Source: an uncultured Bacilli bacterium (lineage in GTDB: Bacteria > Bacillota_I > Bacilli_A > RF39 > UBA660). Taken from it: a stretch of DNA of 47,072 nt. Position numbers and translations under genes: made by a program. The stretch spans positions 1 through 47,072 of the forward strand of contig CAJFEV010000002.1 in NCBI GenBank assembly GCA_904374795.1, in the 5' to 3' direction. Shown one piece after another: positions 44,579-47,072 of this stretch (positions are counted from its first letter, which is position 1; the number at the start of each line of letters is the position of its first letter). The notes under the pieces are model-generated. The model was not told the DNA's origin, ran no database searches, and worked only from the letters and a program-made list of their open reading frames with translations.

Positions 44579-46903
44579 TTATTGTAGACGTTTTAAGCTG
44601 TTGTTCAAAGTGGTTTCCTTTGTATTTTTTAATGCAATCGGATCATAATCTTCAAATTGTGAAATGTATTTTGGATCTATACTTTGGTTATTTTCAATTG
44701 CTTGTCTAATTTCTGGATAATAAGCTAATAGTTCTTCTTTGATGGTTGCTACTTTCCAAGTAATACTTTCAAGGTGTTCTCGATGTTGCATCATTAAGAG
44801 TTCCATGTCTTTATTTGTACTAATTTTTCCTAGATATTCTCCATTCAAAAATGGATAATATCCAATAATCACAGATGAACTATCAGTATAACCTGATGGT
44901 ACACTAGAATAAATGGAAGCATAATATATTCTTCCTCCTTCAATTTTTCTTCCTAAAGTAAGATATGGAGAAAGATCTGAACTGTTCTCTTCGCTTTTGA
45001 TTATGCTATTGTTAAAATCCTCGTTATCTATGTGAACATTTGACTCTTCAGGCAAAGGTGATATTATCACTGAAGGTGTTTCTAAAACTTGTTCTTCTGC
45101 TTCGGAATCTGACTTTGATGAGGTAACGTTGCTAACTAATTTGCTTGAAGTAGCGTTATTTGCAGTTATGGACAAACCTGTTCCAAGTCCTATAAAAGCT
45201 GCGATAATACCTAAATAACGTTTTCTGTATTTGGAATTTTTTGATTGATAATTTTCTAAAATTTTTAGTAATTCTTCTTTGACAATATAATCTTTCGCTT
45301 CTAGTTTTTTTATAATATTTTCTAAATCTTTTTCATTATTACTTTTCTCTATTCGTGATAGACTTTCTTCCAATGTTTTTAGCCTGTCTTCTATATTGTT
45401 TTTCGTTAGAAATTCTGATAAGCCTTTTTTCTGGATCTCTAATATTTCAATTTTTTTTTGCAATTCTTCCATTTTACTTTGATAATCTTTTATCTTTTGT
45501 TGAGTATTTGATTCGTCAATTAAATGTTCTTCTTGTGAGTCTGTAGGAGTTTCTTCAGGTTGTCCCAAATTTAAACTATCGAGTAAGTTTTGTAAAAATA
45601 CATTCATTTCATTATCCATATTTTCTTTTTGAGAGTTCGATAAATTATTCAATTTATTGACAAGATCTTCAACATTTTTTAAAAGATAATCAAACGCTTC
45701 TGGTTGAATGTCTTCCTGTTTTGTTTGGTTTTCAAATGAATTTTTCATTTTTTCCGTTAATTGATCTATTCGATCTAGTAAATTCATATATGCACTAGAA
45801 GTTAAATGAGTATTATTTTTTATACTTGTTAAATTTTCCTTCAGTTTTTTTACTTTTCTTTCTATAACTGTTTGATAAGATTTTAGGGCAACCTTTTTCA
45901 TTTTTTCTTCTATTTGTTTTAAGGCATCTTCTATAGTTGTTATCTTTGGATCATTAGGTAAAGTACTATTGATTCCATTTGTTGACAATGTGTCTTCCCA
46001 GTAATATATCGGATAAAGATAATCAATTTTCGGAATGTATCCTTCATTTATGTAATTTTCTAGAAGAAAATCGTAGGCTAATATTTTAATTTTTTCAAAA
46101 AATTGTTTTAAATCGTCAAATTGGGCGAAACTTATGATTTCAGATAATGTAAATTTTTTGAGTCTTGTTAAGTTTATTTCTTGATCGTCACAATTATTAG
46201 TGCAGCAGATATGACAGCTTAACCAATTCTTTTCAGCTTCCATTTTATCGAAATTATTTACTTGATGAGATTTTGAAGATAAATCGATGAATTTTAAGAC
46301 TTCTAGATTCACACCTTTATCTAATAATTTGTCTATGATTATTAAAAGCATAGAAAGGTAATGAATTGCTTCGGCATAACATCTTGTAATTTCACTGCTT
46401 CTTCCAATCCATAAAGGTCCTTGAATATCAGAAATACTTCTTGGTTTATTATCCATATTGATTAAATCATGGTCTGATGGTTCTGTTTCAGGATGTATTT
46501 TATCTAAATCGATTGTTTCGTTCCATCTCTTTGATTCGTCTACTCCTAGGAAACATAGGAAGGTTTGTTTTACAATATTTTGCATAAAAGGGACTAAAGT
46601 TAGAGGATTATTAGCTACAATGCTTGCTATAGCTTCAAGAAGATCTTCATCGTAATGTAATGGTTTAACATAATGATCATTATTAATGAGTTTTATTTCA
46701 TCAGTGCGAAAATTAGATAAAATAACTTCTTTTACCGGTGGATTAAAACGACTTTCTTTCAATTGGCAATATAATGACCATATGTACCAATTAGGGATTT
46801 CCCTTATAAAGGGAAGTTTTTTTATTCTTTCTAACATTCTTTCATCACTAATGTATGGAAATAATAATTCAACATTTATTTTATTCGATTCTATATTTTC
46901 CAC
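44579..46903 (-). CDS. Large hypothetical protein with coiled coils and one late TM helix
   Basis: ~774 aa; heptad-rich middle, hydrophobic YLGIIAAFIGLGTGLSITA after a basic patch; GTG at 46903 after GAGGTG. Confidence 0.75.
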   Translation of the reverse strand: MENIESNKINVELLFPYISDERMLERIKKLPFIREIPNWYIWSLYCQLKESRFNPPVKEVILSNFRTDEIKLINNDHYVKPLHYDEDLLEAIASIVANNPLTLVPFMQNIVKQTFLCFLGVDESKRWNETIDLDKIHPETEPSDHDLINMDNKPRSISDIQGPLWIGRSSEITRCYAEAIHYLSMLLIIIDKLLDKGVNLEVLKFIDLSSKSHQVNNFDKMEAEKNWLSCHICCTNNCDDQEINLTRLKKFTLSEIISFAQFDDLKQFFEKIKILAYDFLLENYINEGYIPKIDYLYPIYYWEDTLSTNGINSTLPNDPKITTIEDALKQIEEKMKKVALKSYQTVIERKVKKLKENLTSIKNNTHLTSSAYMNLLDRIDQLTEKMKNSFENQTKQEDIQPEAFDYLLKNVEDLVNKLNNLSNSQKENMDNEMNVFLQNLLDSLNLGQPEETPTDSQEEHLIDESNTQQKIKDYQSKMEELQKKIEILEIQKKGLSEFLTKNNIEDRLKTLEESLSRIEKSNNEKDLENIIKKLEAKDYIVKEELLKILENYQSKNSKYRKRYLGIIAAFIGLGTGLSITANNATSSKLVSNVTSSKSDSEAEEQVLETPSVIISPLPEESNVHIDNEDFNNSIIKSEENSSDLSPYLTLGRKIEGGRIYYASIYSSVPSGYTDSSSVIIGYYPFLNGEYLGKISTNKDMELLMMQHREHLESITWKVATIKEELLAYYPEIRQAIENNQSIDPKYISQFEDYDPIALKNTKETTLNNSLKRLQ

Positions 46904-47072
46904 GTATAAACACCTCACATTTATTAGTTATTATACATAAATTCAATAATAATTCAAGTTTTTATTAATACTGCATTAAATAAAATTGAAAGTTCCCATT
47001 TTAAATTGCATGGGAAATAAGTTTGATAATCAGTCAATGGTGAGACCATAGGTCGAATTTATCTTGACCATT

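Noticed and set aside
90-46940. Short antisense or overlapping ORFs in the track (e.g. 90-296, 1212-1505, 11426-11763, 19496-19843, 21881-22249, 28103-28312, 37746-38066, 40842-41120, 46686-46940)
   Set aside because: Shadow frames of well-supported genes with no RBS or recognisable motifs
47038-47072. Minus-strand TTCGACCTATGGTCTCACCA resembling a tRNA 3' end
   Set aside because: T-arm does not fit the canonical pattern and the sequence is cut by the window edge

Overview
Very AT-rich chromosomal window from a low-GC Bacillota (Bacilli-like) bacterium. The compact gene order and many orphans suggest an uncultured reduced-genome gut lineage such as RF39 (inference). The housekeeping backbone is lepA, hemW, 6S RNA-tcdA, gpsA, rarA, xerD, zupT, mnmA, proS, xseAB and nusB. 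Sporulation genes (spoIIM-like, spoIVB) and several sigmaE/sigmaG-shaped promoters are also present. The main accessory feature is a ~15.5 kb polymorphic toxin locus (4.9-20.4 kb). There, a phage baseplate Gp10-C-terminal-like gene is translationally coupled to a 2033-aa WapA-like RHS toxin that has no signal peptide and sits behind a sigmaE-like promoter. It is followed by a cognate immunity gene, an orphan RHS tip/immunity pair carrying a 305-bp recombination repeat, and a decayed third RHS remnant. After these comes an array of putative immunity genes, four of them paralogues with homogenised 3' ends, separated by six copies of a hairpin+TTTAAGRTATAAT junction element. A nested IS graveyard at 30.2-34.5 kb (IS1202/ISNCY-like, a DDE element, IS3) brackets an HExxH peptidase gene, with target-like repeats on the inner sides. 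Single orphan genes (multi-HTH, HipA-like kinase and others) are inserted inside conserved operons. All functional calls come from motif recognition by eye; no database searches were run.
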